Assembly: GCF_964204645.1 (NCBI RefSeq)
Contig: NC_134026.1
Location: forward strand, 18,014,150-18,078,149
Length of the DNA stretch: 64,000 nucleotides
Direction of reading: 5' to 3'
From: Tubulanus polymorphus
Lineage: Eukaryota > Animalia > Nemertea
Position numbers and translations under genes: made by a program. The notes under the pieces are model-generated. The model was given only the letters and a program-made list of their open reading frames with translations. It was not told where the DNA came from and did no database searches. The stretch's first letter is position 1, and each line of letters opens with the position of its first letter. Shown here piece after piece: positions 13,276-26,387 of the stretch.

Positions 13276-14799
13276 AAATAACAGGGGCGGATCCAGGATT
13301 CTAGGAAAGAGGGGGCGCCCATCTCGATAATATCCCGGCTTACCCGCCGAAGCGCGAAATTTTCGAAGTTTCTGCTTCTCAGACTCTTTCTGAGACAATC
13401 TAAAGACCCAAAATTCAAATAATGTGTCTGAAAAACTGACCGTTTTCTCTTTTACAAAGGTGATAAACTACGATGAACGAAAGTTCTGCGTGTGTTTATT
13501 TACAATAAAAAGGGCGCTTGTCCTACAATCAAAGATATTTTCTTATTTCACTACCGGCAACCAGTACAAGACGAGTCATAAAATTCACTTGCCAAAACCA
13601 TATTCATCAGTGTAGTCCGCGCACGTGGCATGACAAATGGCCGCGGCATGTCTGGTACCAGGTAGAACAAAATTTTAAAGGCCGAGAAGTATGGATGCTA
13701 GTTAACCGGGTGGCAAACACTTGAGATCGGTCGTCTTGTTTATAATGTTTAGAGTGAGCGAGGATGGCTCACAACATTAACTCCAGGTCACATACAGTTA
13801 AATTTGACATATTCATGAAAGTTTCATATCAAGTTCTAAACTAATTTCAACTTATCTAGTCATAGTGGGAATGAAAATCTGATGCTAGTGATAATTTTTT
13901 GTAGAGATAGGGCCAAGATTAAAGATTTTAGAGACATTTCAAATTTTTGGAAAATCTTTAATTTTTATCCGATTTCGATGAAATTTGGACATAACATTGA
14001 TGGAAGATAGCTAAACAAGTGTACGAAATTTCAGACTGATCCATTGACCATAAAGAAAGTTTTGATGTTGCCAAATTTTGGTACTATGAATGAGGCTATG
14101 TTTTGTTTAAAACCTAAGACCTATAAAGTTTATGTGTACTGATGACTATATGTATTGAGTTACTGTTACTGTGCTCTGTGAGCTGCACTTATTCACTGGA
14201 TAACTCCTCCCTCTATGTCATTCAAAGATTCAAATTTTGAAGGAAGTGCCAACTAAAAAGCTTTATTTCTCGAAGAGGAGGGCCTAAAACACATTTTTGA
14301 CTGCAGAAATGATTATATATCAACTCGGCAGTTCAACAGGCGCCGCGCTGGCCTGTAATCACCAATGTGATGCTGCTCTTGCCTATATACAATACTGACG
14401 GCGACGCGAAATAAGATAACCAAGTACGTTTAATTGCGATAAAAAAAAATTTCGAAAAAAGGGGGGTGCGCGCCGGCGCTGAATAAACCAAATTTAAATA
14501 GGCCGTCGATGGATGGTGGGTTAAACCACTTCGCATGAAACATTATCAATTTGAAAAAGAACTGAAATCATCAGGCATTATACTTTTTATCAGCACAATT
14601 TTTCCAAAAAAGACTGATCGACCATAATTCACTCATGTTCTGGATTCCATCCGAGATTTTTTTATTGGAAATGGATTGAAAACCCCAGACATACGATACT
14701 TTATAAGCGCACTTGGAGCAATTCCCCGCAACCTTTCAAAAGTGATCAATAGCGAGCATGAGAGGGTACCAGATTTCCGAGAAATGTTTTTAATGAAAC

Positions 14800-15885
14800 A
14801 TCTCAAATTGGTTTATTCATCAGAGACAAGATATTTGAGGTCTTATGTTTATGGGTCTTAGGTTTAGTATATTATATATAGGTGTCACTAAACCTAAGAC
14901 CCATAAACCTAAGACCCGACTCTAAATCATTATTTGTGTACTTTAGACTATTCAAAATGGTTCTAATATATAGATATTAGTTAGAATGATCCATCGATGG
15001 CCTATTTAAATTTGGTTTATTTATCAGAGACGTATTTGAGGGTCTTAGGTTTATAGGTCTTAGGTTTAGTATATTATATATAGGTGTCACTAAACCTAAG
15101 ACCCATAAACCTAAGACCCGACTCTAAATCATTATTTGTGTACTTTAGACTATTCAAAATGGTTCTAATATATAGATATTAGTTAAAATGATCCATCGAT
15201 GGCCTATTTAAATTTGGTTCATTTATCAGAGACGAGATATTTGGGGGTCTTAGGTTTATGGGTCTTAGGTTTAGTATATTATATATAGGTGTCACTAAAC
15301 CTAAGACCCATAAACCTAAGACCCGACTCTAAATCATTATTTGTGTACTTTAGACTATTCAAAATGGTTCTAATATATAGATATTAGTTAATGATCCATC
15401 GATGGCCTATTTAAATTTGGTTTATTTATCAGAGACGAGATATTTGGGGGTCTTAGGTTTATGGGTCTTAGGTTTAGTATATTATATATAGGTGTCACTA
15501 AACCTAAGACCCATAAACCTAAGACCCGACTCTAAATCATTATTTGTGTACTTTAGACTATTCGAAATGGTTCTAATATATAGATATTAGTTAAAATGAT
15601 CCATCGATTCATTTATCAGAGACGAGATATTTGGGTGGTCTTAGGTTTATGGGTCTTAGGTTTAGTATATTATATATAGGTGTCACTAAACCTAAGACCC
15701 ATAAACATAAGACCTGGCTCTAATTCGTTATTTGTGTACTTTGGACGAGATATTTGGGGGTCTTAGGTTTATGGGTCTTAAGTTTAGTATATCATATATA
15801 GGTGTCACTAAACCTAAGACCCCCTAAACATAAGAACGGGTCTTAGGTCTTAGGTTTAGGGGGTCTTAGGTTTAGTGACACCCCA
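14800..15885. repeat. ~203-bp tandem satellite (about 5 units), each with an internal inverted repeat
   Basis: GGGTCTTAGGTTTATGGGTCTTAGGTTTAG...CTAAACCTAAGACCCATAAACCTAAGACCC recurs at ~14838, 15040, 15243, 15447, 15636 and 15757. Confidence 0.92.
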
Positions 15886-17924
15886 GTTGAATGCATCACC
15901 GGCATATCCAAGATATTTTACACCAAGGTATTCGTGCAGCAGCACATACCTCTTCCTCCGACGGACGTCGTCGTCAGTTTGAGTCGAGGCGTCCCGTCTC
16001 ACGATACTTGGTGTTTAGATGATCGGTACTTTTGGAGGATACCGCGGGGGAATCACCGGAACCCGTTAACGTTTCATTACGGTGGCCACCTTCGGTGCCG
16101 GTTCACCCTCTGATCCCGCCTCCACGACTTGTGCGAGGATAGCTTCCAGCTTGCTTGGTGAAGGCGCGGTACTAGCTGGTGCCTCGATAGCCGTACCGTT
16201 ATGGTACCTCATCATGTGAGATTCGAGGATTGCTGCAGGGAAACCCCTTCACAGATTTTACACGTAGGCCTGTGAAGACAGAAAATAAAAAAGGATCAAG
16301 AGTTAAGTACACGAATATCGAGAAACTGATCCAAGATTCTGTGACATAGTGATGGTAATAAGATACAAACCCACAAACCCACTATGTACAAATTAAAATA
16401 ATTTTAAATCGAGAATTTATTTATTCAATCTAAAATATAAAATACACGACGTTTGGATCTCACCCTCGAGATCATAGTCGTGTATTTTATATACTAGATT
16501 GTTTGAATAAATAGATTCTCGATTTAAAATTATTTTAATTTGTACATAGTGGGTTTTTATCTTATTATCCGTTCTCCACGCTTGAGCGTGGTTAAAGTAC
16601 TTTACTGATGGTCTCTCAATGGTGATACCAGGCCCGTACTGAGCTTTCTTGAGGGGCGGTCCTTTTTCAAAAAACATAAAATGCATCCAAATTTCAAAAG
16701 GTCTCCACCAAAAAATTTTTTACACTGACTTCTTGAAGTGCACTTTGGAAATTTTGGCGGTTGTTTTGGTACCCCGAACCTTCCCTTCGGTATGGGCCTG
16801 GATACACTGTCACTTATGACAACTCAACAGAAACATCATCCGCTTGGCCAGAAATTCCAACTTTAACGGTAGCCTATAGGCTAAAAAATTGATAACATTG
16901 TTTCTCCGCAGCCGCTGGTCGCTGTTGTAAACAGCAATTAAACCCTGTAGTCAGTTAAATGCTATATCTGCCGGGTCTCTGTTATGGCTAGCGTGATCAT
17001 GATTTTAAAAACAAGTTATTCGTACAGGGTAGGTGGTCGGCCGGGTTTATACTCTTGACTTCACTAGAAGGAGACAAGGTCTCAATTTTTTTAGCCTTAG
17101 TTCAAAATAGAAGGGTAAGCAGATTTATACACAGACTATTACTAACTAAATCACAAATGACGCAAAAGAAAATTGTTTCTCACGCTTACCTTTCCTTTTA
17201 TTTTCCATCTATAAATGAGTCTCTTGACTGTGTATAACGTTTCCACCTTCTGCATCGTCATCAATTGCCTCCCCGTTGTGTAAATGAGCATAATTAATGG
17301 CCAATTTCGGCCTCAGCTTACGGCAAAAGGTAGAAAGTTTCTTTTGTCCAATGTCGTATAGCGCCGCGGCGGTCGAAAATCGAACTAATCTGTCAAGTCG
17401 ATAATTTTCTAAGTGAGAAGACGCCGCGTTCAGTTCGCGGTACACTGTACGTACAGTTTTTCGATACACTGCTGTTCAACAAATTTGTTTTCAAGTTGAA
17501 GTTCACAGCGCGCTATTCAGTTTTCAGAAGTAGAGGGGTAAAATAACATCATTCGTAAGATCTCAGATTGAATATTTTCATCTGATTCAGAGCTCAGTTC
17601 ATTGTATAAAATGTATTATTTCATGTATCAGACAGTTACTTCTATTACTCTGACAGGAGTTTTTATGTCATAATTTTTTTTACCTCATGTGTAACTCAAT
17701 TATAGCAGAGTTGATAGTTTAATTATCAATTATTAATTTATAAATAAATTAGTATTATTAATCTAATTATTGGATTGATTATTATTAAGAGATATGACAT
17801 AATAAACATATATATAATGCACAGATATGGATGTTATATATAATGCAAAGATATGGATGTTATAATGATAATGTGTTTCTACTCGCATAGAAATCATAAT
17901 GGTGCGGTTTCTGACATTTTCTCA

Positions 17925-18245
17925 ATTTCCGGAATCATTTAGAAATTTCCGGAAAAATCTAAGGAGGGGTCTTACAATTTAAACAAATAATTCCAGAATT
18001 TTCCGGAAAATTCTAGAAATCTCATTATCACAGGGGGGTCACTTGGAATTCCGGAAAATAAATTCCGGATTTTTCTGGAAATTTCCGGAAATCTCATTAC
18101 AACAATCGTGGTGTTACAATTTAAACAAATAATTCCAGAAATTTCCGGAAAATTCTAGAAATCTCATTATCGCAGGGGGGGGGGTCAAATGGAATTCCGG
18201 AAAATAAATTCCGGATTTTTCTGGAAATTTCCGGAAATCTCATTC
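17925..18245. repeat. TTCCGGAA-rich tandem duplication (~140-bp unit)
   Basis: Two near-identical units start at ~17970 and ~18113, with many TTCCGGAA/TTCCAGAA motifs, just upstream of the DUF3987-like gene. Confidence 0.8.
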
Positions 18246-18399
18246 CAAAAATCGTGTACAGTGAATAATGTTATAAGGATTTTGATCCGTTACCACGGAA
18301 ATGAACTAATTTATTTAGGGAACAGTCATTTGTTGCGTAGTAACACAACGACTTTTATCATCAAAACATAAAAAGCTGATCCCATTCAATCATTTCAAC

Positions 18400-21300
18400 A
18401 TGGAATCTAGATTAGCTTATTTAAATAAATGTTGGGAGAAAGAAATACGCTGGAATGTTTTCCCAACGAAGCTGGAAGAGGTAAGTAAACTTTAGCCAAC
18501 CATATCAAATACTTAAGGCCTGCATTTAGCAACAGAATTAATTCGTAATTCATGCACCTTTTCCATAACATATGCTATTTCCTTGCATCGTATGGATATA
18601 TAGCTCAATGGCTATGTATGCCGCACTATTGTCTACATTATGCAGTTGGAATAGGTCTATTTAATAAATATGTAGTGGAAGTCGTTAACCATTTCACCGT
18701 TTGAAATGACGTAAATGTGTCCCTGTAGAGGCCTCTTATTTGTCTGTTGATACCAACACAGAGTCCGCCTGTATTACCCGTCGCGTCAAAGAGATTACCA
18801 TTATTTCATACAAAATTGTTCTTCGGTTTTCTAGTTAGGCTAAGCCTATTTCATAACAACAATAATTTAAATCGCGGAAATAGTCATCATTAATATCGTC
18901 AACATGGTTGGCCTATAGATCTAAGGCTAGGTCTAGGCCTAATTATTGATTAGATTTTTTAGTCAGTAGACTTCCTAACAGCCCTGGTAACCTATAATTT
19001 TTCTCAAAACCATGCCCTGCATGACTCAAAAACACCCCGCTCCAGGAATTTGAAAATTTAACCCTTGTCATTGAATAGCTAGGATATCATTTACAAGAAA
19101 TTGAGCAATAAATTTCTAGGGTATAAATCATAAAAAAATACATTTCTTCATTCAAGTCAATGAATATTTAACCTTTTTCTCGTGAATTTAGGAATGCGGT
19201 TGAGCCCTAACCTCTGAACAAAGTATAACAGTATTAGAATAATATTTTATGAAGTTCATTTCATTATAGGCCTAGGCCTATAACAAAAAGTAATTCTAAA
19301 AAAATGATTCTATTTTATTTTGTTGCAGGGTTGTAAATTTCTTGCAGATAAGATGAACGTACCCGATTCGTCAGTACTTTTTGGGTTATTAGGCATATCA
19401 TCACATATATGTAGTAACGCGATCGTCAAAGTTTCAAACACCATGTGGGAAGAACCGGCTGCTTGCAACTGGCTTGCCGTTTGCACCCCGACTGGGTCAG
19501 GGAATAAAAGTTAAATCATACTTGTGTCCGGACCAGTCCAGATCGCGGCAACAAGTCAATAGTCGTCACCTCTCAGTGTCCAGGCCAGGGAAGCTGCCAC
19601 CTATTAAAGTCATTGAACATAATCAAAACACATGAGCCCACTAGTAACCATTTGTCTATTGATATACAAAATTTACTAACAACAAGAACATTGGCTACGC
19701 CAATTTTGTAGACACCCACCGGTTGTATTGTTAGAAATTCTCATTTTTAACATAAACATGCTCAACATAAAAGATAATAATGCCGGTATCTATTTTACAG
19801 TTGGTGAAAAAGCTAATTTTACAATGGAAACCACCGGCCTATCGATATTTGGGATGACACAGCCAAGTACGGCATATTCATTAATAACGGAGAAGCAAAA
19901 TATTGACAAAGGTCTCACATCAAGATTTCTTTGGTTATTTCCTGAGCCGAAATTCAACACATTCGAAGATTTAAAGTGTACTGACGATGATACCGGAGAT
20001 GTCTTCATTGAGCGTTTATGTAAGTAAATAGATAGTTGCCGGTTTTATGAAATGTTGCTATGTAGACGGGAAACGGGTCAGTTTAATGTTCTGATTCGTG
20101 ACTGATGTTGGTCACTTGTTCCTCATCGCACAAAACGTGTTTTGGAGCGGAATATCGTGAATTGCTAAATCGTTGTAATAGTTCAATTAGTTTTCATTAT
20201 ATTTTTTGAAAATTCTAAATTAACTCTTTACTTGGAAGTGTATTTTTACGTATTGAAAGTAAAAAATTTGTTTTTTATTAAGATCATTATATGTTTTTAT
20301 TCTAGTCCTAAAAAGTACCTCCTATATTTTTCAAATTTTTGATTTATAAATGTTTCACTAAATGTAGGCGAGGCATTCAGTAAACAAGTACTGCACAACG
20401 GTGACAATGATGTGACCTTGTACAGAATAGACACAGATACAAACGAAGTTTCGGACATTTATGATAAATTTCAACAAAAATTGAAATCGAATTGTTTGGC
20501 CAACAACCTGCTAAGTGGTGAGTTTAAATCTAATAAATTATATTATAGTTATATTTTAGTAGCGAGGAGTACTTTCAAGTCTTCAGGTATTTCCAGCTGT
20601 TGAAAACAAAGAAAATAACAAATTCACCTACTTGCAAATGATAATGTCATAGCAAATTAATCAGCAAGTGTTCTATACGATTTGAATATTGATCATACTT
20701 TACGGTTTAACATATTACCACAAAATCATTAAAGAAAAATTAATTTGATATTGCTTTCATATTAACAGCGCTTTACTCAAAAGGCAAGGGACAGGTACTT
20801 CGTCTTTGCCCAGCGATACAACTACTATTCAACATCTTCTATGACGGTGATGATGAACAGCTTGATCACGAGAGGAACACAATCAGATCGGAAGTGATCA
20901 GGGCTTCGGTAGAAATTGTTTCGCTATGCATTGACCATGTCGCGACTGTGGTGGGAATGGAAAATGATTCGCCGCCAGTCTTAATCCCGGATGGTAAGAT
21001 ACGTTACTTAGATAAACGCAATAACAGTTCCTCACAAGTCACCTTGGACTTTTCTGAGTGATGTAACATTATGTCGACGATGCACTCGGGACTACTCCAC
21101 ATGGACGGTCAAAAAATTTAAGACGTAGGCTACATCAAACCCTGGCTGTAGAAAAGGTACCTCGTCCTAATCGATAGAACTATTGACACTAACTTGCCTT
21201 ATTGAGAATATGCTTATCCCGGGCAATCGGTCAATCGGATCCTGTAACAGTGTCCTGAACTTAAATCACGTTTGGCGTATACTGGCCTTCATTCCGGAGT

Positions 21301-22913
21301 AGATTTTGTGTAATTGAAGAAGCGTAGTAGGTTGTACAAATTGAAGCTTCATTATTAAAAATGACTGTAAAACATACGATGGTAAATGATTATCAATTAT
21401 GAAAACGCACGTATTTGTTGTTTTTTTAAACTACTAGATTAATGGTAAAAGTGTAACTTTCACTAATAGATTATCAATCGGTAGAATAATGTAAAATATG
21501 TTATATTTGTACAGGTATATAGGTATACAGGCTAGCCTTATCGGCTTTTGAATAAAAGCAAAAATTAATTTCGACAGTCATCCTAATATAATGTCTTGAT
21601 AAAAATAATTATGTTAGAATAATTATGTTTACGCGGAATTCCACGGTACCGCAACATAAAATGGGAGCTATAGGCCTATATGATAACTAGAGGGATATAA
21701 AGATGTGCATTTCCCGAGAAAAACCACTATTTTTCATTTTTGGTCTCATAATAGAAAGATTATAAGATTTTTAGATTGAGTTTTCCGGGAAAATCCAGAT
21801 TTTGTTTTTTTGCTTTTCATTTGTACACGCATCGACTATTTCGTATACGTCAAACAATTATCTAAATATTGTTTTACTAAAGGTATCACCGAAACGAACC
21901 AACGACTCATGAAAATTGTCATATTAAATCAAGGGAGAGAGGTATTCATGAGTGCGATGCAAAAGAAGTCGGCATTCAAAGTAAATGGGGGGAAGAATAA
22001 GATTAAAGAAATATTCCAAATGCTTGAGAACCGAAATGCCGGCACCATAAACATTGCTACTGATAAGGTAGGCATTTTAAACAATTCTTAGTTCTAGGCA
22101 AAAAATATTCTTTCAGTTTGTCGCGTGATATACAAACACAATATATTTGTATACATGGGTCCATTAAAATATTTATGACCCTTTCATTCCTCTCTGTACA
22201 TATATATTGATATACAATTATGATTGATCTCTTTTCAGATAAGTTTTCTCAAAACTGAAAACATAGAAGATGAGATGTTAACTTCGTTGAAAGTGACAAG
22301 ATCAGAGTTTGTTAACAGCTTGTCAGCATCAAAAGTGCCTTTGGAACAACAGTAAGTGTATCTGTTTATATATTTGCCCATCCGAATATAATTACCGGTA
22401 CACATTAGAATTTAAACTGAAGTTACTTATCCACTTACCATTTCTTGAAAATATCTCAAAAGTATATCCTTATTTACATCGTAACATTACAATGGGAATA
22501 TATATATTTTCATTGGAGCTATGATTTAAGTTTATATTCACATCTATTTTCGTGTCAACTACATCTTTAATCCCAGAGAATACGTTTGAAATTGGTTTTA
22601 GCGGGATTAGCTTTGTAACCCCCCCCCCCCCTATTAGACAGTTTACAGTTCAATATTTCAGAAACTATAAGGATTCGGAAAAAGTAATGCCGGGTATTAA
22701 CTCCTTCATTAATGTTGGGCTGAAATGAGACAAACATCAGCTAAAATAACCTATAATGAGCAAATCTCATTGCTGTGATTACAAAATAACATAACATGTT
22801 ACTAGTTCTGTATAATACAACATTTTTCTATCAAATTTCAGGTCTCAAGCTTCAATAAAACGACCATTGGAATATGTAGCCAAAAGCTTAGAAAAATCTC
22901 CTCGTTTATACTA
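18400..22913 (+). pseudogene. Spliced DUF3987/YfjI-like P-loop ATPase gene, probably disrupted
   Basis: GT-AG exons at ~18400-18480, 19329-19500, 19801-20018, 20368-20516, 20769-20993, 21882-22066, 22239-22351 and 22842-22913. Motifs WEEP..WLAVCTPTGSG (Walker A, broken), LSIFGMTQP and KGLTSRFLW. No Walker B exon found. Confidence 0.7.
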
Positions 22914-22974
22914 ATATCTTTATCAGTTTAGAAAAGTAATAAACATACGGTGTGAAGCGCGTTTTACACATGTT

Positions 22975-24577
22975 TTATACAAGTTTTAATCTTTTTTCAA
23001 GTCTCTCGTTAAAGTCATAATTAATCAAGTTGAAAAATAATTTCCTTTTATTCCTGGTCATGTATCTAGTTGCCGCTTTGTATCGATTCAATCGAACGAA
23101 ACCCTGTTCGCAACTTTCTGTATTCGTGCCGGCGATATCTTGAAATGCATCTAAATTAGGATGGTATTTACATTGAGGCCCATCGAGAGGCATGCATGTA
23201 GGCTTCGTGTGTTTCACAACATGGAAAATATCCACCAAAAACTTGGTGTTCTCCAACAATTCGGATGCTTCAACAACACCGTCTTTGGCTAGTCGGCACA
23301 AAAATGGATGCAACTCACAGCAACGATCATAACCGACGTATCTCAAGTAATCTTTATATCCATTTCTCACATATGTTTCATGTAAGAAAAGGAAAGCCTG
23401 TGTTATACTTTCATGCGAAAACATCTCAACCATTCTGACGACGATTCCACAAGGTTTTATCGCAGCAAACATACCGGCAGTAGTAGAGTAAAACTTATTC
23501 AATTTCTGTACTCTATCTTTGCATCCTAATTCAGCGACGGATTCATCCACAAGTAACATATTTCGCGCACGTTTAACATCGTGTACATAATCTGTAAACA
23601 ATATCGATTTCGTTACTATATGAATCGCAACGAAAGAAATAAAACCCTGTTTACAGGGTCAGAATCATTGTTTAAAGTAAATCCCTGACATTGACCATAA
23701 CCATACTGGGGGTATAGTTAAACGTAGGGTCAGAGAGGGTCATAGGATCATAGGGTTGTTGTGTCAGGGAAGGTAATAGGGTTATATTGTCAATAGCGTT
23801 GGAGCATAAGAGAGGGTTCTTGTGTTCGAGAGTGTCACATGTTCAGTATCATTACATGGTCAGTGAAGTCATAGGATTAGTATTGTCATTAGAGGGTTAC
23901 TAGAGGGTTGAAATATTGAATATGTTCTTAGGTTGTATTGAATTAACCTTGAATTTATATTTATATACATGCAAACATTTAAATATATTCTTTAATAGTA
24001 ACAGATTGTAATTAAAAATATAAATCAAAAACATCTTGAATTGTCGCTGACCCTATGAGTATAAACCTAGCGTTAATTTTCATGTACCTTTGAGATATAA
24101 TGGAATCCGCGTCTGTCTTTCAGGTCGTTTTGTATGGTCGTCTTTATTGGGTTTGTCTGTCAGCTTTTTCTCTTCCATTGGTCTATGTTCGTTACAGAAC
24201 CTATTGATATTAAGTAACTTTAAATTAACAGGTATACGTTTTGCTGATGTTTTCAATGATAGGGCAACCTAAATGTACGAGCATGTTATAGCCTACGCCC
24301 GTAAATAAACTATCATCGAGAATTCATCGTAAGAGTTGAAGTGATCAGAGCTGACACCTACCTTGACGAGGGTTTGTGTTTCCCGCCATAAGAAGGGTCA
24401 TTCTGACATGTTATGATTGTTCTGATTGAGTTTGTATCGTCAAAATGTACTTGGCTATCCGCTGCACACATTGCCCGATGAAGCTTTTCATTGCCATCGA
24501 TAGTGACGTACCCCTCCCTACACCCCTTCGTTTCGCACACATGTTTAATCCACTTTCGTTCTTTTTCTTCAAATACC
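22975..24577 (-). mobile_element. KDZ (Kyakuja-Dileera-Zisupton) type transposase gene, three 3' exons, 5' part missing
   Basis: Exons ~24362-24577, ~24088-24200 and 22975-23591. Motifs VTIDGNEKLHRAMC, FCNEH, AAIKPCGIV..EMFSHES, YVGYDRCCEL, VDIFHVVKH..C, NTESCEQGF. Confidence 0.82.
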
Positions 24578-24709
24578 TTTAATATAACGAGTACCGGACT
24601 GCTAAGCTTATTTTAAAATTAGATCGCAAAGAATCGCGTTATTGTCTGCGATTCTATATAAACAAAGCAACGAACTATTTATTTCCCATTATATTAGAGG
24701 AGTGGTGTT

Positions 24710-25052
24710 TGGGGGTTAGGCTTTAGAGCGTTAGGTTTCATATGGTTAGGGTTTACGGGGTTAGGGTTTAGTTTTTAAAGGGTTAAATTTTATAGATTTA
24801 GGTTTTAAAGGGTTTGGGTTTAGAGTGTTCAGGGGTTTAGTGTTTAGGTTTTAGAGGGTTTAGGGGTTAAGGTTTAGGGGGTTAGGGTTTAGTGTTTAGA
24901 GGGTTAGGGTTAAGAGGGTTAGGGTTTAGGGGGTTTAGTGTTCAAAGGGTTAGAGAGAAATTAGAGGGTTCAGGGTTTAGAGAGTTAGAGGGTTAGGGTT
25001 TAGTGGTTTTTAGGGTTTACGGGGTTAGGGTTTAGGGGGCTAGGGTTTAGGG
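24710..25052 (+). repeat. Degenerate telomere-like (TTAGGG/TTTAGGG) array
   Basis: Many GGTTAGGG and GGTTTAGGG units, with variants, over ~340 bp. Confidence 0.9.
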
Positions 25053-25529
25053 TCCTATTTATTTGGCATTTTTGGTATTTTTCTTCATGGGCCTTTTCAC
25101 GTAAGATAACGACATTTGAATGCTTGTACTATGCTCTCGTGATGTTTTTCAGTGCGGAGAATCAGTTCTGTGTGCTTCGCATCGGTGTTCTTGAAAATAT
25201 TGAATTTTTAAAAATTTGATATTTGAACAACGTGATTTGGGACGTGAATTATTTGAATTTCGACTATGAACTGCAAGAAGCAACTATGATTTGAGAGATG
25301 ACCGTGGGGTTTGGCGGTACAGCAGTTGATATGATGAGCGATCAACTTTTCGCTAGCTTTGGTGATACAATTTAACTCTATATTTAACTCTATGAATGTG
25401 AATCATGCTTATACTTTGTAAGTCTTTAGGTCAATATAAATTTTCTAGTACACAGACGGAAATAATTTCAGTCAATTTGAGTATAAATCTATTCTTGTGA
25501 ACCACACTTATTTTATAAGTCTTAAGTTC

Positions 25530-25571
25530 AATAAATTCATTCATTCATTCATTCATTCATTCATTCATTCA
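25530..25571 (+). repeat. AATAAA plus (TTCA)n tail, likely a LINE 3' end
   Basis: caataaattcattcattc... directly visible. The LINE assignment is inferred. Confidence 0.6.
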
Positions 25572-26387
25572 ACTTACTTCCACGGAAGTGTCAAATTATT
25601 CTCACTAAATTGATATTTTTAAGATGTTTCTGTGGTGGGTGGACAAGGTCGAAAAACATAGTTTTTATAAAAACATGGTGAGGAAACTATTTGTACCCAG
25701 AAAATTTCCCTATCACAGGAGCAATGCACACCTGTCTAAATTCCCCAATGATAAATACATCAATATGGAGCCTAGTGAATCATGTGTGTTTCAAGAACGC
25801 GGGTGCACAGTTTCAATTTTCCGCTGTTTTTCCAGTCAAATCTAAAGTGATTTCATTCAAGGCTAAAAATATTGTCAGATTCTGATGCAACGATGCTCAT
25901 AGCCTCCAAAACATATTTGTGTCGGTCTTCAACTTTTTTGGTATGTGGATCGATGTGAAAAAAGTACGTTGATTGGCGCGATACCAGGGGCTCCATATAT
26001 CTTTCCAGGGTAGGCTTTTTTGGCTTGTCTACACATATTGGTGATTCAGTATGGGTAATTTGTCGTTAGCTTCAGATTCCATCTTTTGTGGTCATAAATC
26101 CGACTTGATATAATTTATCTTTGTCCCAGTCTAAACCAAAAATTCTCACCAAAACACACAAACAACTTTAACCACCTACCCTGCCTAATACACATTTATG
26201 CGACACCTATAAAATTTTCAAGACGTTTTTCAGTTTTATACAATTTTTATTGAAAAAGCAACCAACACCGGGATACATATTTTTACAATCATTTTTAACT
26301 CATTCAATTATTTTACATATGTACTTCTGCTCATTCGGTTATTGGAGGCGGTCCATTATATGTGGAATTCACAACACATATAATCTT

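Noticed and set aside
14800-15885. CRISPR array
   Set aside because: Whole ~203-bp units repeat with no unique spacers, no cas genes are present, and the context is eukaryotic.
25620-26130. Penelope-like RT fragment on the minus strand (MESEANDKLP)
   Set aside because: Only one short motif resemblance in broken frames; too weak to annotate.
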